Part shown: piece after piece, positions 1 through 9,314 of the stretch
Numbering within the stretch: the stretch's first letter is position 1
Layout of the letters: each line of letters opens with the position of its first letter
Assembly: GCA_035518775.1 (NCBI GenBank)
Contig: DATIXH010000347.1
Span: 1-27,965 of the forward strand
Length of the DNA stretch: 27,965 nt
Origin: Candidatus Acidiferrum sp.
GTDB taxonomy: Bacteria > Pseudomonadota > Alphaproteobacteria > Dongiales > Dongiaceae
Direction: 5' to 3'
Notes under the pieces: generated by a model
What the model saw: the letters and a program-made list of their open reading frames with translations, nothing else
Told to the model about the DNA's origin: nothing
Database searches by the model: none
Program-made: the position numbers and the translations under genes

Positions 1-348
1 CAAGTAGATCGGCTTGCCTGGCAGTGGCACTGGCGGCGGCATCACGTCATTCTCCCCACTTGCCCCCGAAAACGGCGTCTATTACCAACTCCAGGCATCG
101 TCAAGTTTACGTCTGGATCACCGTTGTCGTCCATGCGCCGCTCCGCCCTCCCCGGATGGCCGCTTGGGGTCACACTCTGCCGAATGGCTGATCTCCGCGC
201 CGCGTCGGATTTGCCTCCGATAGCGGTCATGCCTCGCGCCTGTGAGTACTTCCGGGTGGTGCCAATTGCGGAAGTTTAGGCAGCTGCCATTTCGCTTGTC
301 CGAGGGGTCGCTTGAGACAAAAATGTCATGTCACAGGTGGAGCAACGA

Positions 349-1395
349 ATGGCCAAATTCTCAACCATTCTCGGAACGGTCGGCAATACGCCCGTCGTGA
401 GAATCAACAGGCTGGCGCCCGCGGGCGTCAATCTCTTCGTCAAGATCGAAGCCTTCAATCCTTTGGGGTCCGTCAAGGATCGACTGGCGCTGGGCGTGAT
501 CGAGGCGGGCGAACAGTCTGGGCAGCTCAAGCCAGGACAAACCGTCATCGAGGCAACAAGCGGCAACACCGGTATTGGGCTCGCGATGGTGTGCGCCCAG
601 AAGGGCTACCCGTTGGTGGTGACAATGGCAGAGCAGTTCAGCGTCGAGCGACGTAAGCTCATGCGCTTCCTCGGAGCCAAGGTCGTGCTAACTCCGGCAG
701 CAGGGCGCGCCGTGGCAATGGTGACCAAGGCTGCCGAGCTTGCCAATAGGCACGGGTGGTTCCTGACCCGCCAGTTTGAGAATGAGGCCAATGCCGACGT
801 CCATTCGCGCACGACCGCGCGGGAGATCATCGCCGACTTCAAGGACGAGAAACTCGACTATTGGGTGACGGGATACGGCACCGGCGGAACGCTGAAAGGC
901 GTCTCGCGGGTGTTTGCAAAGGAGATGCCTCATACGAAGATCATTGTTTGTGAGCCCGAAGATGCGCAGCTTCTGGGCAGCGGAGTCGAGCAGGCCCGCA
1001 ATGCCGACGGATCAGCCGCATCGCCACACCCGGCGTTCAAGCCGCATCCCATGCAAGGTTGGACGCCCGATTTCATCCCGAAACTGACCGCAGATGCCGT
1101 GCAGATGAAGGTCATCGACCGCATCATCCCGATCCCGGGCGCTGAGGCGATCCGCTATGCCGGAGAGCTGGCGCGCAAGGAAGGCATCTTCGTGGGCATC
1201 ACCGCCGGTGCCACGTTTGCCGGAGCCTTGCGCGTATGCTCGGAGGCTCCAAAGAATGCAAACATCCTTTGCATGCTGCCGGATACAGGCGAACGCTATC
1301 TGAGCACGCCGCTATTTGCCGACGTGCCAGCCGACATGACCCCAGAAGAGCTGGAGATCTCACGATCAACGCCGAGTGCGCAGTTTGCCGCGTGA
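349..1395 (+). CDS. PLP-dependent cysteine synthase family enzyme (O-acetylserine sulfhydrylase-like) with a ~30-aa internal insertion
   Basis: ORF 328..1395. Schiff-base lysine motif SVKDR, glycine loop TSGNTG and a CysK-like N-terminus (GNTPVVRINRL). Start moved to ATG 349, which follows a GGTGGAG RBS; the first ATG at 328 has no RBS. CysK versus CysM versus CBS-like cannot be decided by eye. Confidence 0.8.
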   Translation: MAKFSTILGTVGNTPVVRINRLAPAGVNLFVKIEAFNPLGSVKDRLALGVIEAGEQSGQLKPGQTVIEATSGNTGIGLAMVCAQKGYPLVVTMAEQFSVERRKLMRFLGAKVVLTPAAGRAVAMVTKAAELANRHGWFLTRQFENEANADVHSRTTAREIIADFKDEKLDYWVTGYGTGGTLKGVSRVFAKEMPHTKIIVCEPEDAQLLGSGVEQARNADGSAASPHPAFKPHPMQGWTPDFIPKLTADAVQMKVIDRIIPIPGAEAIRYAGELARKEGIFVGITAGATFAGALRVCSEAPKNANILCMLPDTGERYLSTPLFADVPADMTPEELEISRSTPSAQFAA

Positions 1396-1517
1396 GCGAC
1401 CACCTGGAACGAAGCAATCTTCTCCGCTCGGCGGTGCGGTCTGCCCAATCGGCCACATCCGCTTAGCGTCGGCTCTACCTTCGCTTCGCTGCCGTGCCAG
1501 CGAAGCGGCCTCCCCAC

Positions 1518-3272
1518 TCATTCCGGCACCCCCACCAGACGCAACCCTGCTGCGTGGCGGTCCATGACGTCGCTTTTGAACACCATGGCCTCACGCACCG
1601 CTCGGATTGTCAGGTTCGGATACGCGCACAACAATTCCCTCGTTCGCTCCAGGGCTTCGTCCATTCTGCCAGCTTCGACCAGCGCCGGTATGAGCGTGCG
1701 ATGAAGCCACACGGCGTGGGGACGCTCCGCCAAGCCACGAAGGAACCACTCCACCGCCAGTGCCGACGCCCCGGCGATGAAATGCGCACATCCGATGCCA
1801 AAGTAACAGGTGAAGACCATCGGATCGAACGGGCTGAGACGAAGCGCCTGCTCAAACTGCGCGACCGCCGCTTCCGCCTTGCTGGAGTAGAGAGAGAGCC
1901 AGCCGCTTCTATTCCAAGCGAAGGCCGAGTTCGGATCGATCACAAGCGCCCTCTTGAGCAGCATGCCCGCAGTCGCAATGTTGCGAACGACAGTGTGGGC
2001 CGCTGCCAGAACCGCCAGGACAAACGGGTCTTCTCCACTCAGCTCCGCCGCGCGCTCCGCCAATCTCAGCGCCTCTCGCTTGTCCGCCTCTGGCGTTGAG
2101 CTCCAGTTGTAGACGGCGCGTTGCGCATGGCACCAGGCCAACAGCGACAGCGCCTGGGGATATTCCGGATCGAGCTCAAGCGCCTTCTCCAGGAGTTCGG
2201 TCGCACTTGCATTCCCCTCGCGGGCCAGCGCCCACACATGCGGCAGAGCCTGCATGACTAGATCATAGGTCTTGAGGTCGCTCGGTCGCTTGCGCCGCGC
2301 TCGTTCGATCTCCGCCATCTGGATGGATGGTTGAATGGCTCCGACTACGCGCGCGGTGATATTATCCTGCAGGTCGAATACCTCGGCAATGTTACCCTTG
2401 AAGCTCTCAGCCCAGATGTGACGGGCGTTCTCTGTCTCGATCAGCTGCGCGGCAATACGGAGGTGGTTGCCTGCGCGGCGTACACTGCCTTCCAGAACAT
2501 AGCGCACACCAAGCTCACGTCCGACCTGCTGAACATTGAATGACTTGCCCCTGTAGGCGAAAGCCGAGTTGCGCGCGATCACGAAAAATCCCCGAATACG
2601 CGCGAGCGCAGCGGTGATCTCTTCAACGATGCCGTCGGCAAAATACGACTGCTCCGGGTCCGACGACATGTTATCGAAGGGCAGGATGGCGATGGAGGGC
2701 TTGTCTGGCAAAGATAAGGCTGGGCGCGGCGAAGCTGGAGGATGGTCAAGGATCGCCCGGTACACCCGGACCGGCCGGTCGATGTTCTTGAGCGTGTGCT
2801 GGCCGGTGTCTTCGAAGTGCAAATCGAGACGATTGCCGATGTGATCGTGAGCCATCGCGGACACGGCGATGCCTCCAGGCGGCGCAATTCCTTCGAGGCG
2901 AGCCGCCACATTAACCCCATCGCCAAAGATATCCTCTGCCTCGACGATGATGTCACCGACATTGACCCCGATCCGCAGCCAGATTGCCTGGTCGTCGGGC
3001 AGGCCGACATTGCGGCCTTGCATGGCTTGCTGGATATCGACCGCGCACGCCACTGCATTCACGACGCTTGGAAATTCCACGAGCAGACCGTCACCGGTGA
3101 GCTTTACGATCCGGCCATTATGCTCGGCAATCTTCGGATCGATGAGTTCGGCCCTGTGGGCCTTCAGTGCCTCAAGCGTTCCAGCCTCGTCCTGCTCAAT
3201 CAGCCGGCTGTAGCCAACCACGTCGGCGGCGAGAATCGCAGCAAGGCGGCGTTGGGCGCGTTCGTCTGCCAC
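1518..3272 (-). CDS. Class III adenylate/guanylate cyclase (CHD domain) with a TolB-N-like middle region and C-terminal TPR repeats
   Basis: 584-aa ORF. N-terminal cyclase homology domain (LAAILAADVVGYSRL, KLTGDG, GVNVAARLE); TPR-like helical repeats in the C-terminal half. The architecture is common in Rhizobiales. The many plus-strand ORFs across it are mirror ORFs. Confidence 0.85.
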   Translation of the reverse strand: MADERAQRRLAAILAADVVGYSRLIEQDEAGTLEALKAHRAELIDPKIAEHNGRIVKLTGDGLLVEFPSVVNAVACAVDIQQAMQGRNVGLPDDQAIWLRIGVNVGDIIVEAEDIFGDGVNVAARLEGIAPPGGIAVSAMAHDHIGNRLDLHFEDTGQHTLKNIDRPVRVYRAILDHPPASPRPALSLPDKPSIAILPFDNMSSDPEQSYFADGIVEEITAALARIRGFFVIARNSAFAYRGKSFNVQQVGRELGVRYVLEGSVRRAGNHLRIAAQLIETENARHIWAESFKGNIAEVFDLQDNITARVVGAIQPSIQMAEIERARRKRPSDLKTYDLVMQALPHVWALAREGNASATELLEKALELDPEYPQALSLLAWCHAQRAVYNWSSTPEADKREALRLAERAAELSGEDPFVLAVLAAAHTVVRNIATAGMLLKRALVIDPNSAFAWNRSGWLSLYSSKAEAAVAQFEQALRLSPFDPMVFTCYFGIGCAHFIAGASALAVEWFLRGLAERPHAVWLHRTLIPALVEAGRMDEALERTRELLCAYPNLTIRAVREAMVFKSDVMDRHAAGLRLVGVPE

Positions 3273-3399
3273 GTGATGGATCGCCTTCGGAGATGCAAAG
3301 TTCTAAATTGTATTGGCGCTCTCTTCAGAAGTCCACCAGCGCGACTTCCGCTCGGGGTCCAAACGCCGTCCTGGGCGACCGGCGCGCCGACGTCCGGTC

Positions 3400-4191
3400 T
3401 TACCCTTTTGGCAGGCTCCAGTCGTCGCCATTGACCCTGACCAGTGCCGCAAGCTCTCCGGTCACAAGTGCGTGTAGCAGCAGCTTTTCTGCTTCGTCGA
3501 CATTCTCACAGTGGCGGTAGTAGTTGACGGGTAGTTCGCCACTCCCATGGTTCTTAAGCTCGGCCATGGCCCGCTGTTTCTCCCCAGGATGCAGGGCCGC
3601 CTGGATCTCCGTGGCGGCGTCGGGTATCGCAATACGGCCCTTCGGCGCGAATATCGCGGCCTTTTCGTTGAGAGTGCTTTCGCGATCGATCCACGCGATG
3701 AACAGGTGCCGGAGCGGGGTCGGGATCGGAAAGCCGTGTCGCTCGCAGAAATGCCAAGCTGCACTCAGTTTTATCGCCAACGATTCGATAAACAGGCGAG
3801 GCTGCGAGCCCTCGTCCGGCAACGGCCCCTCGGCAACCAAGCGGCAGGCGTCGCCATCGGCGCCGGTCCCGAACAGATCAAGTGCCCGGTCTGCTTCGGG
3901 CCATTTATCGACAGCAAGCGTCTCGACGATTTCCTTGGGCGTGATAAGTACAAATTCCGGAGACAGGTCGAGGCTGCCATCGGCTTGCACAGCCAGCCGA
4001 GGATACTCATCCGGCAACATGCGATGCCTATGGAGATGGAGGTTCCAACCAAGGCAACCCGACGGAAACCAGCTGGTTAGGGCGTCCCGATACAGCTGAC
4101 GTAGGTTATCTTCGATTGTGCGGGCATGCGCCGCATCGGCGCCAATAACACAAGCTAAGTCCAGAAAAGTAATGGCTGGTTCAGCCGCCAT
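3400..4191 (-). CDS. Hypothetical protein (ORFan, no recognisable domain), lower GC than its neighbours
   Basis: 263-aa ORF with protein-like composition and an RBS (GGAGGG, then 4 nt, then ATG). Codon usage is richer in A/T-ending codons (tta, ata, aaa) than flanking genes. No TM segment, signal peptide or known motif recognised. An AT-rich promoter-like gap separates it from the cyclase downstream. Confidence 0.55.
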   Translation of the reverse strand: MAAEPAITFLDLACVIGADAAHARTIEDNLRQLYRDALTSWFPSGCLGWNLHLHRHRMLPDEYPRLAVQADGSLDLSPEFVLITPKEIVETLAVDKWPEADRALDLFGTGADGDACRLVAEGPLPDEGSQPRLFIESLAIKLSAAWHFCERHGFPIPTPLRHLFIAWIDRESTLNEKAAIFAPKGRIAIPDAATEIQAALHPGEKQRAMAELKNHGSGELPVNYYRHCENVDEAEKLLLHALVTGELAALVRVNGDDWSLPKG

Positions 4192-4481
4192 TGCGCCCTC
4201 CGCGTCAGCGCCCGCAAGGTTCAGTCGGCGCGGCGGCCCGGAGCGGGTACCGGGTGTTCGGGGATCAGCCTAGCCGCGCCAGCACCGATTATGAGCCGAT
4301 TCGCGCGGAACGTGATCCAGCAGAAGGTTATGGGTGTCCGCCTATGGGCCGGATCCGGACTCTACCCTGAGAAGGCGGCTAGGTCCGAGTCTCTAACCGG
4401 GCGGTAGCAATCGGCGTACCGACGAGAAGATCGAGCTGATCGCCAACCTCAGCCCGGACGAGGTTTGCGAGAGGTATCGCA

Positions 4482-4928
4482 GTGCCCATTGATGTCGACA
4501 TCCCTCTGATCGATCGCCACTGCCACGGCTTGGTGCCGCGCAACCTGACGCGCCGCGAATTCAAGAAGCTGATCTTCGAGAGCTTCGTCGATGCGCCCCC
4601 CGGCACCAGCCATTTCGATGCGCCGTTCGGCCTGGCGATCCGCGCCCACTGCGCGCCGCTGCTCGATCTCGAACCTTTCCCCGACCCCGACGCCTGTATC
4701 GAGCGCCGCGCCAGGCTCGGCGTGGCCGAAGTCAACAAGCGCTTCGTGAAGGCCGGCACCCACGGCCTGCTGCTGATCGACACCGGCTTTCGCGCCGACG
4801 ACTTCCTGACGCCCGACGGCGTCACCAGCCTCACGGGTGTGCCGTCGCGCGAAGTCCTGCGTATCGAGGCGGCGGCCGAGCGCGGGGGCCGCAGCGACGT
4901 TTCCGCCGGCCACGGCGGATTGATATGA
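4482..4928 (+). pseudogene. N-terminal fragment of a metal-dependent amidohydrolase-like gene (truncated)
   Basis: 148-aa ORF beginning PIDVDIPLIDRHCHG (an HxH metal-binding motif typical of the amidohydrolase superfamily) that stops after ~150 codons. Full-length members are 300-450 aa. The long antisense ORF 4379..5641 is a low-complexity mirror. Confidence 0.4.
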
Positions 4929-5020
4929 ATCAAGGCGGTTTCCCGCGGGCTGCGCTTGTCTGAACAAGTGAGGGGGACCGATCTGTTGTTGGCAGCCCCC
5001 GCCTGTCGGGGACCTAGCCC

Positions 5021-5737
5021 ATGTTCGCTCATCCGACCCACGGGTACCTGATCGCCGTCATGGCCGGCCTCACCGCGGCCGCCCTGGCGGCCGACCCGGC
5101 CCGCGCCGGCGACTGGGACGAGCGCTATACGCAGGAAGCGCCGCGGATCGCTCCCTATCAGGACCGCGTGCAACGCATCGGTGATGATCTGCACCTGCAG
5201 CTCCTGAATGGCCGGGAGGTTCTGCTCACCAACCCGCCGGGCTATTGCCAGCATCCCGACGCCTGCCCCCCGGTCTACACCTTTGACGGTTTCATCGCCG
5301 CCGCCGGCGCCTACCTGGTCGAGGTCGCCTATTGGGAAGGCGGCGCCTTCATGCTGGTCGATGCGCGGGCAGGCGCCCGCACCCTGATTGTCGACCGCCC
5401 GCACCTGGACGGCAGCGGCCGCCGATTTGTCGCCATACTCGACAGCGAGGAGCAGGGCCATGCCATCGAGATTTGGCGACTCGATCCCGCCGGCCCACAA
5501 CGTGAGTTCGCCGTCGACTCGCGGGATTCCTACCGCTTCGTCGCCTGGCACGGTTCCGACGACGTCGAGCTCAGCGCTCGCGATCCGGACGGCCACCGCC
5601 GCACCGAGATCCACCTCGTGCGCGGCCAGACTGGCTGGCACATCTTAGGACCACTCACCCACCTGCCCATAACCAGCGACGCCGCCAATTCTTGCAGGCT
5701 CGAGCCGGTGCGCCAAGCCGTCGATAGCATGTCCTGA
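5021..5737 (+). CDS. Hypothetical secreted/periplasmic protein
   Basis: 238-aa ORF with a hydrophobic N-terminal segment (LIAVMAGLTAAALAA) resembling a signal peptide, a diverse composition, and a stem-loop after the stop. The overlapping minus-strand ORF 4379..5641 is G/A-rich and judged spurious. Confidence 0.55.
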   Translation: MFAHPTHGYLIAVMAGLTAAALAADPARAGDWDERYTQEAPRIAPYQDRVQRIGDDLHLQLLNGREVLLTNPPGYCQHPDACPPVYTFDGFIAAAGAYLVEVAYWEGGAFMLVDARAGARTLIVDRPHLDGSGRRFVAILDSEEQGHAIEIWRLDPAGPQREFAVDSRDSYRFVAWHGSDDVELSARDPDGHRRTEIHLVRGQTGWHILGPLTHLPITSDAANSCRLEPVRQAVDSMS

Positions 5738-5828
5738 TTCTTTTCACTCACGGCAGGAAGGTCGGCTTTCTCAGTGAAGCCGGACATTCCTGCACCGCCA
5801 TCTTGAAGCTTAGGCTGTTGTTAGGCTC

Positions 5829-7538
5829 GTGCGCCCCATGGCTGATGCGACGAAAGACCAGAAAAGAACAGCTTGGCTCTGGTGGTTTCCGCCGGCCCGT
5901 TGGCTGGCTGAATACCACTCTGCCTGGCTGCCCGGCGATGTCGTTGCCGGGATAACCTTGGCGGCCTACGCAATTCCGGTTTCCCTCGCTTATGCAGGGC
6001 TTGCGGGCTTGCCGCCGCAAGTCGGCGTCTACGGCTATCTGCTGGGTGGTCTGGGCTACGCTCTGCTCGGATCTTCGCGTCAGCTCGCCATCGGACCGAC
6101 CTCCGCCATCTCGCTCATGATTGCCGGAACGGTGGGGGCGATGGCCGAGGGGGACCCGCAGCGTTACGCGCAGATTGCCAGCCTCACCGCCTTTACGGTG
6201 GCGGGGCTATGCCTAATCGCTTGGCTGCTGCGATTGAGCGTGCTTGTGAAGCTGATCAGCGACAGCATTCTCGTGGGGTTCAAGGCCGGCGCCGGCCTGA
6301 CCATCGCCATGACTCAGTTGCCCAGCCTGTTCGGCGTGAAGGGCGGTGGCCATAACTTTTTCGAGCGGGTCTTCCTGTTTGCCGGGCAGCTCGGTCAGAC
6401 GCACTTGATCGTTCTCGTCATCGGGGTGGTCGCGATCGGGCTTCTCGTAATGGGCGAACGGCTGCTGCCCGGAAAACCGGTCGCGCTTGGAGTTGTCGCC
6501 CTTTCGATTGCCGCTGCGACGCTACTGGGGCTTCCGGCGCTCGAGGTGCCGACGACGGGAGAAATTCCGCCGGGCTTGCCCACTTTTGCCGGCCCGGCTC
6601 TCCGGTTGACCGATGTCGAGGGAATAGCTCCGCTGGCTGCGGGCTGTCTGCTGCTGGCCTATATCGAAGGCGTATCCGCTGCCCGCACCTTTGCTGCGAA
6701 GCATGGTTACGCTCTCGATCCCAGGCAAGAGCTTCTCGGCATCGGCGCGGCCAATCTCGCGGCCGCGATAGGACACGGTTATCCCGTCGCCGGGGGCCTC
6801 TCGCAATCGGCGGTGAACGACAAGGCGGGCGCGCGCACAGCGCTGGCGCTTGTCTTTGCCTCCATCACGCTCGCGTTGTGCCTGCTCTTCCTTACAGGCC
6901 TGTTGGAAAACCTCCCGAAAGCGGTGCTGGCAGCAGTCGTTTTGACAGCCGTGTATGGGTTGGTGGATGTTCCCCGATTGCTCTACATGTTGCGCGTGAG
7001 CCGGCTGGACTTCTTGGCCGCGATGATCGCTCTGGCGGGTGTTCTGCTTTTGGGAATACTTCAGGGCATTCTGCTTGCTGCATTGGCCTCCGTCCTGCTG
7101 TTGCTGGCTCGCGCGTCGCGCCCGCACGTCGCGTTTCTCGGCCGTATTCCCGGCACCAACAATTACTCCGATCTTGACCGCCATCCCGAGAACGAGCCGC
7201 TGCCCGGCGTGATCGTCTTTCGTCCGGAAGCGTCGCTGGTTTACGTCAACGCCGAGTCTGTTATGGAATCGGTGCTGAACCGTCTTCGTGAAGCTGCGCC
7301 GTCCGCCGTCCGTCTGGCCATCTGCGATCTTTCCGCGGCGCCGTACATCGACCTGGCTGGCTCGCGCATGCTGCACGAGCTGCACGCCGAGCTGACCGGT
7401 CGCAGCGTTGCTCTACGCATCGTCGGGGCCCATGGAACGGCGCGCGATTTGTTGCGAGCCGATGGCCTCGAGGACAAAGTTGGAGGGCTCGAACGCACCG
7501 CGACGCTCGACAAATTGATCCGCGCCGATGTCGTTTAG
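5829..7538 (+). CDS. SulP-family sulfate/anion permease with C-terminal STAS domain
   Basis: 569-aa ORF with multiple TM helices, a SulP N-terminal signature (AGITLAAYAIPVSLAYAGLAGLPP) and a C-terminal STAS-like region. A GGAGAG-TCCG-CTCTCC hairpin overlaps the stop. Confidence 0.85.
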   Translation: MRPMADATKDQKRTAWLWWFPPARWLAEYHSAWLPGDVVAGITLAAYAIPVSLAYAGLAGLPPQVGVYGYLLGGLGYALLGSSRQLAIGPTSAISLMIAGTVGAMAEGDPQRYAQIASLTAFTVAGLCLIAWLLRLSVLVKLISDSILVGFKAGAGLTIAMTQLPSLFGVKGGGHNFFERVFLFAGQLGQTHLIVLVIGVVAIGLLVMGERLLPGKPVALGVVALSIAAATLLGLPALEVPTTGEIPPGLPTFAGPALRLTDVEGIAPLAAGCLLLAYIEGVSAARTFAAKHGYALDPRQELLGIGAANLAAAIGHGYPVAGGLSQSAVNDKAGARTALALVFASITLALCLLFLTGLLENLPKAVLAAVVLTAVYGLVDVPRLLYMLRVSRLDFLAAMIALAGVLLLGILQGILLAALASVLLLLARASRPHVAFLGRIPGTNNYSDLDRHPENEPLPGVIVFRPEASLVYVNAESVMESVLNRLREAAPSAVRLAICDLSAAPYIDLAGSRMLHELHAELTGRSVALRIVGAHGTARDLLRADGLEDKVGGLERTATLDKLIRADVV

Positions 7539-7553
7539 GAGAGTCCGCTCTCC
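7538..7553 (+). terminator. Short hairpin at the SulP stop codon (GGAGAG/CTCTCC, no U-tract)
   Basis: Perfect 6-bp stem with a 4-nt loop overlapping the TAG. Convergent genes meet here. Confidence 0.3.
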
Positions 7554-7568
7554 TGGGAGAGCCACTCC

Positions 7569-7709
7569 ATGAAGACTGTTGACATCATCTACCGCTATGA
7601 AGCTGACCATTTAAGGCCAAGTGAGCGGCCACTCGACGCTGCGGCCGCGAAGCAGCGGATGGACGATGGCAACCAGGCGTTTGCGGCCCTCCTGGCAAGC
7701 CTAGTCTAG
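7569..7709 (+). CDS. 46-codon small ORF, possibly the N-terminal stub of a truncated gene (beta-carbonic-anhydrase-like N-terminus?)
   Basis: ATG at 7569 preceded by GGGAGAG. The peptide MKTVDIIYRYEADHLRPSERPLDAAAAKQRMDDGNQAFAALLASLV contains an L..GN..F-type motif seen near beta-CA N-termini. It lies in the convergent gap between SulP and the acyl-CoA ligase. Very tentative. Confidence 0.2.
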   Translation: MKTVDIIYRYEADHLRPSERPLDAAAAKQRMDDGNQAFAALLASLV

Positions 7710-7744
7710 CCCGCCGATTGCGCCCGCTCCGTATACGCAGAACT

Positions 7745-9262
7745 TCATGTCAGGCCGAGCTTCGCAGCCAAGCCGATGCGCTGCAATTTGCCCGTGGCGC
7801 CCTTTGGGATCTCCGCCATGAACAGAATTTTGCGCGGCACTTTGAAGTCCGCGAGCTTGCCGCCGACGAAGTCGCGCAACTCTGGCTCGGTCGCGTTCTG
7901 TCCCTCTTTCAGCACCACCAGGGCCGCCACTTCTTCACCAAGCTTCGGGTGTGGCATGCCGAAGGTGACGACCTGCGACACCGCCGGGTGGTCCATCAGC
8001 GCTTCATCGACCTCCCGCGGCGCGATCTTCTCGCCACCGCGGTTGATGATCTCCTTTAGGCGCCCGGTAATGCTGATATAGCCCTCGACATCCATCACGC
8101 CCTGGTCGCCGGTGCGGAACCAGCCTCTGGTGAAGGCCTCTGCATTGGCTTTCGGATTGTTGGCGTAGCCCGAGGTCACGTTAGGCCCCTTAATTACAAT
8201 TTCGCCTGTCGCGCCGCGGGGCAGCAGGTTGCCTTCCTGGTCCATGATCGCCATGTCCGGCCCCGCGGCGATGCCGACCGTGCCGGGCTTGCGCGGGAGC
8301 GGCGGCAGCGGGTTGCTCGCCATCTGATGCGTCGCCTCGGTCATGCCATAGGCTTCTATCACCGGGCAGCGGAACGTGTCCTCGAGCTGCTTCATGATCT
8401 GCGGCGGCAGCGACGAGGACGAGGAGCGGATGAAGCGCAGCCTACTGGCAGCGACAATCTCCTGGTTACGCTCGGCGCGGGAGAGGATCGCCTGATGCAT
8501 GGTCGGCACCGCCGAATACCAGGTCGGCCTAGCCTCATCGAGCCAGCCAAAGAATCTGAGCGCATTGAACCCGCCTCCCGGGCAGAACACGCTGGCCTCG
8601 GCATACAGCGACGAAGAGAGCGCCCCGATCAGGCCGTGGATGTGGAAGAGCGGCATGATAACTAGGCTGCGATCGGTCGACGTCAGCGAGAGCGTGGTCG
8701 CGATATGCTTCGCCGAGGCGGCGAGATTGCTGTGCCGCAGTGGCACGATCTTCGGCCGGGAGGTCGTACCCGAGGTGTGGAGCACCAGCGCCACATGCTC
8801 CGGCGCCGGATGCGCCGAGCCAGCATTGCCAAACGACACTGAAAGACTGAAGGCTCCCGCCGGCCCGGCATCGTCCGGCAGCAGCTCGATCACACGGACC
8901 CCGCGCCTTGCCGCGACCACGCGCGCCGGCGAGTCGGGCCCGGCATGGATCATCAGCGCCTTGGCATTAAGATCGGCCAAATAAAAATCGAACTCATCTT
9001 CGCGATAGCCGGGATTGAGCGGCGCGGCGGTCGCCCAGCACGCAACCGCAAGGAAAGCGGCCGCATTTTCGGGGCCATTCGGCATGACGATGCCGACTGC
9101 ATCCTCGGCACCGACGCCGACCAAGCGCAACGCCCCGCCGACCTTGTCCACCAGTGTCATCAGCTCGCCGCGATTCATCGGCCGGCGGCCCGGCGCGCCG
9201 ATGGCCTCAAGCTTGGCATCGCCGCGCCGCAATAGCTCGGCAACCGTCGTGATATCCGTCAT
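7745..9262 (-). CDS. AMP-dependent synthetase/ligase (acyl-CoA synthetase family)
   Basis: 505-aa ORF. AMP-binding motif LHTSGTTSRPK, a GEI-type motif and a C-terminal K in PKGATGKL. Sits directly downstream of the GntR gene on the same strand. Confidence 0.85.
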   Translation of the reverse strand: MTDITTVAELLRRGDAKLEAIGAPGRRPMNRGELMTLVDKVGGALRLVGVGAEDAVGIVMPNGPENAAAFLAVACWATAAPLNPGYREDEFDFYLADLNAKALMIHAGPDSPARVVAARRGVRVIELLPDDAGPAGAFSLSVSFGNAGSAHPAPEHVALVLHTSGTTSRPKIVPLRHSNLAASAKHIATTLSLTSTDRSLVIMPLFHIHGLIGALSSSLYAEASVFCPGGGFNALRFFGWLDEARPTWYSAVPTMHQAILSRAERNQEIVAASRLRFIRSSSSSLPPQIMKQLEDTFRCPVIEAYGMTEATHQMASNPLPPLPRKPGTVGIAAGPDMAIMDQEGNLLPRGATGEIVIKGPNVTSGYANNPKANAEAFTRGWFRTGDQGVMDVEGYISITGRLKEIINRGGEKIAPREVDEALMDHPAVSQVVTFGMPHPKLGEEVAALVVLKEGQNATEPELRDFVGGKLADFKVPRKILFMAEIPKGATGKLQRIGLAAKLGLT

Positions 9263-9314
9263 CGGTGATCCTCTCTCACGCGCGGCTCAATAGCCGAGCG
9301 CGCATCGCTAGAAA

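Noticed and set aside
1-327. Partial gene at the left window edge
   Set aside because: All six frames of the first 327 nt give short, compositionally implausible ORFs. Treated as the intergenic or promoter region upstream of the cysteine-synthase gene.
1518-4191. Pycsar-like cyclase plus effector defence pair
   Set aside because: The cyclase is a 584-aa multi-domain regulatory type (CHD plus TolB-N-like plus TPR), typical of Rhizobiales signalling proteins. The neighbouring ORFan has no TM or TIR features.
4379-5641. 420-aa minus-strand ORF
   Set aside because: Gly/Ala/Arg-rich low-complexity translation, antisense to two better plus-strand genes (amidohydrolase stub and secreted protein). 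High-GC mirror ORF.
6522-7385. 287-aa minus-strand ORF inside the SulP gene, and ORFs 7718..8059 and 8499..8984 inside the ligase gene
   Set aside because: Mirror ORFs. The SulP and AMP-ligase frames carry the family motifs.
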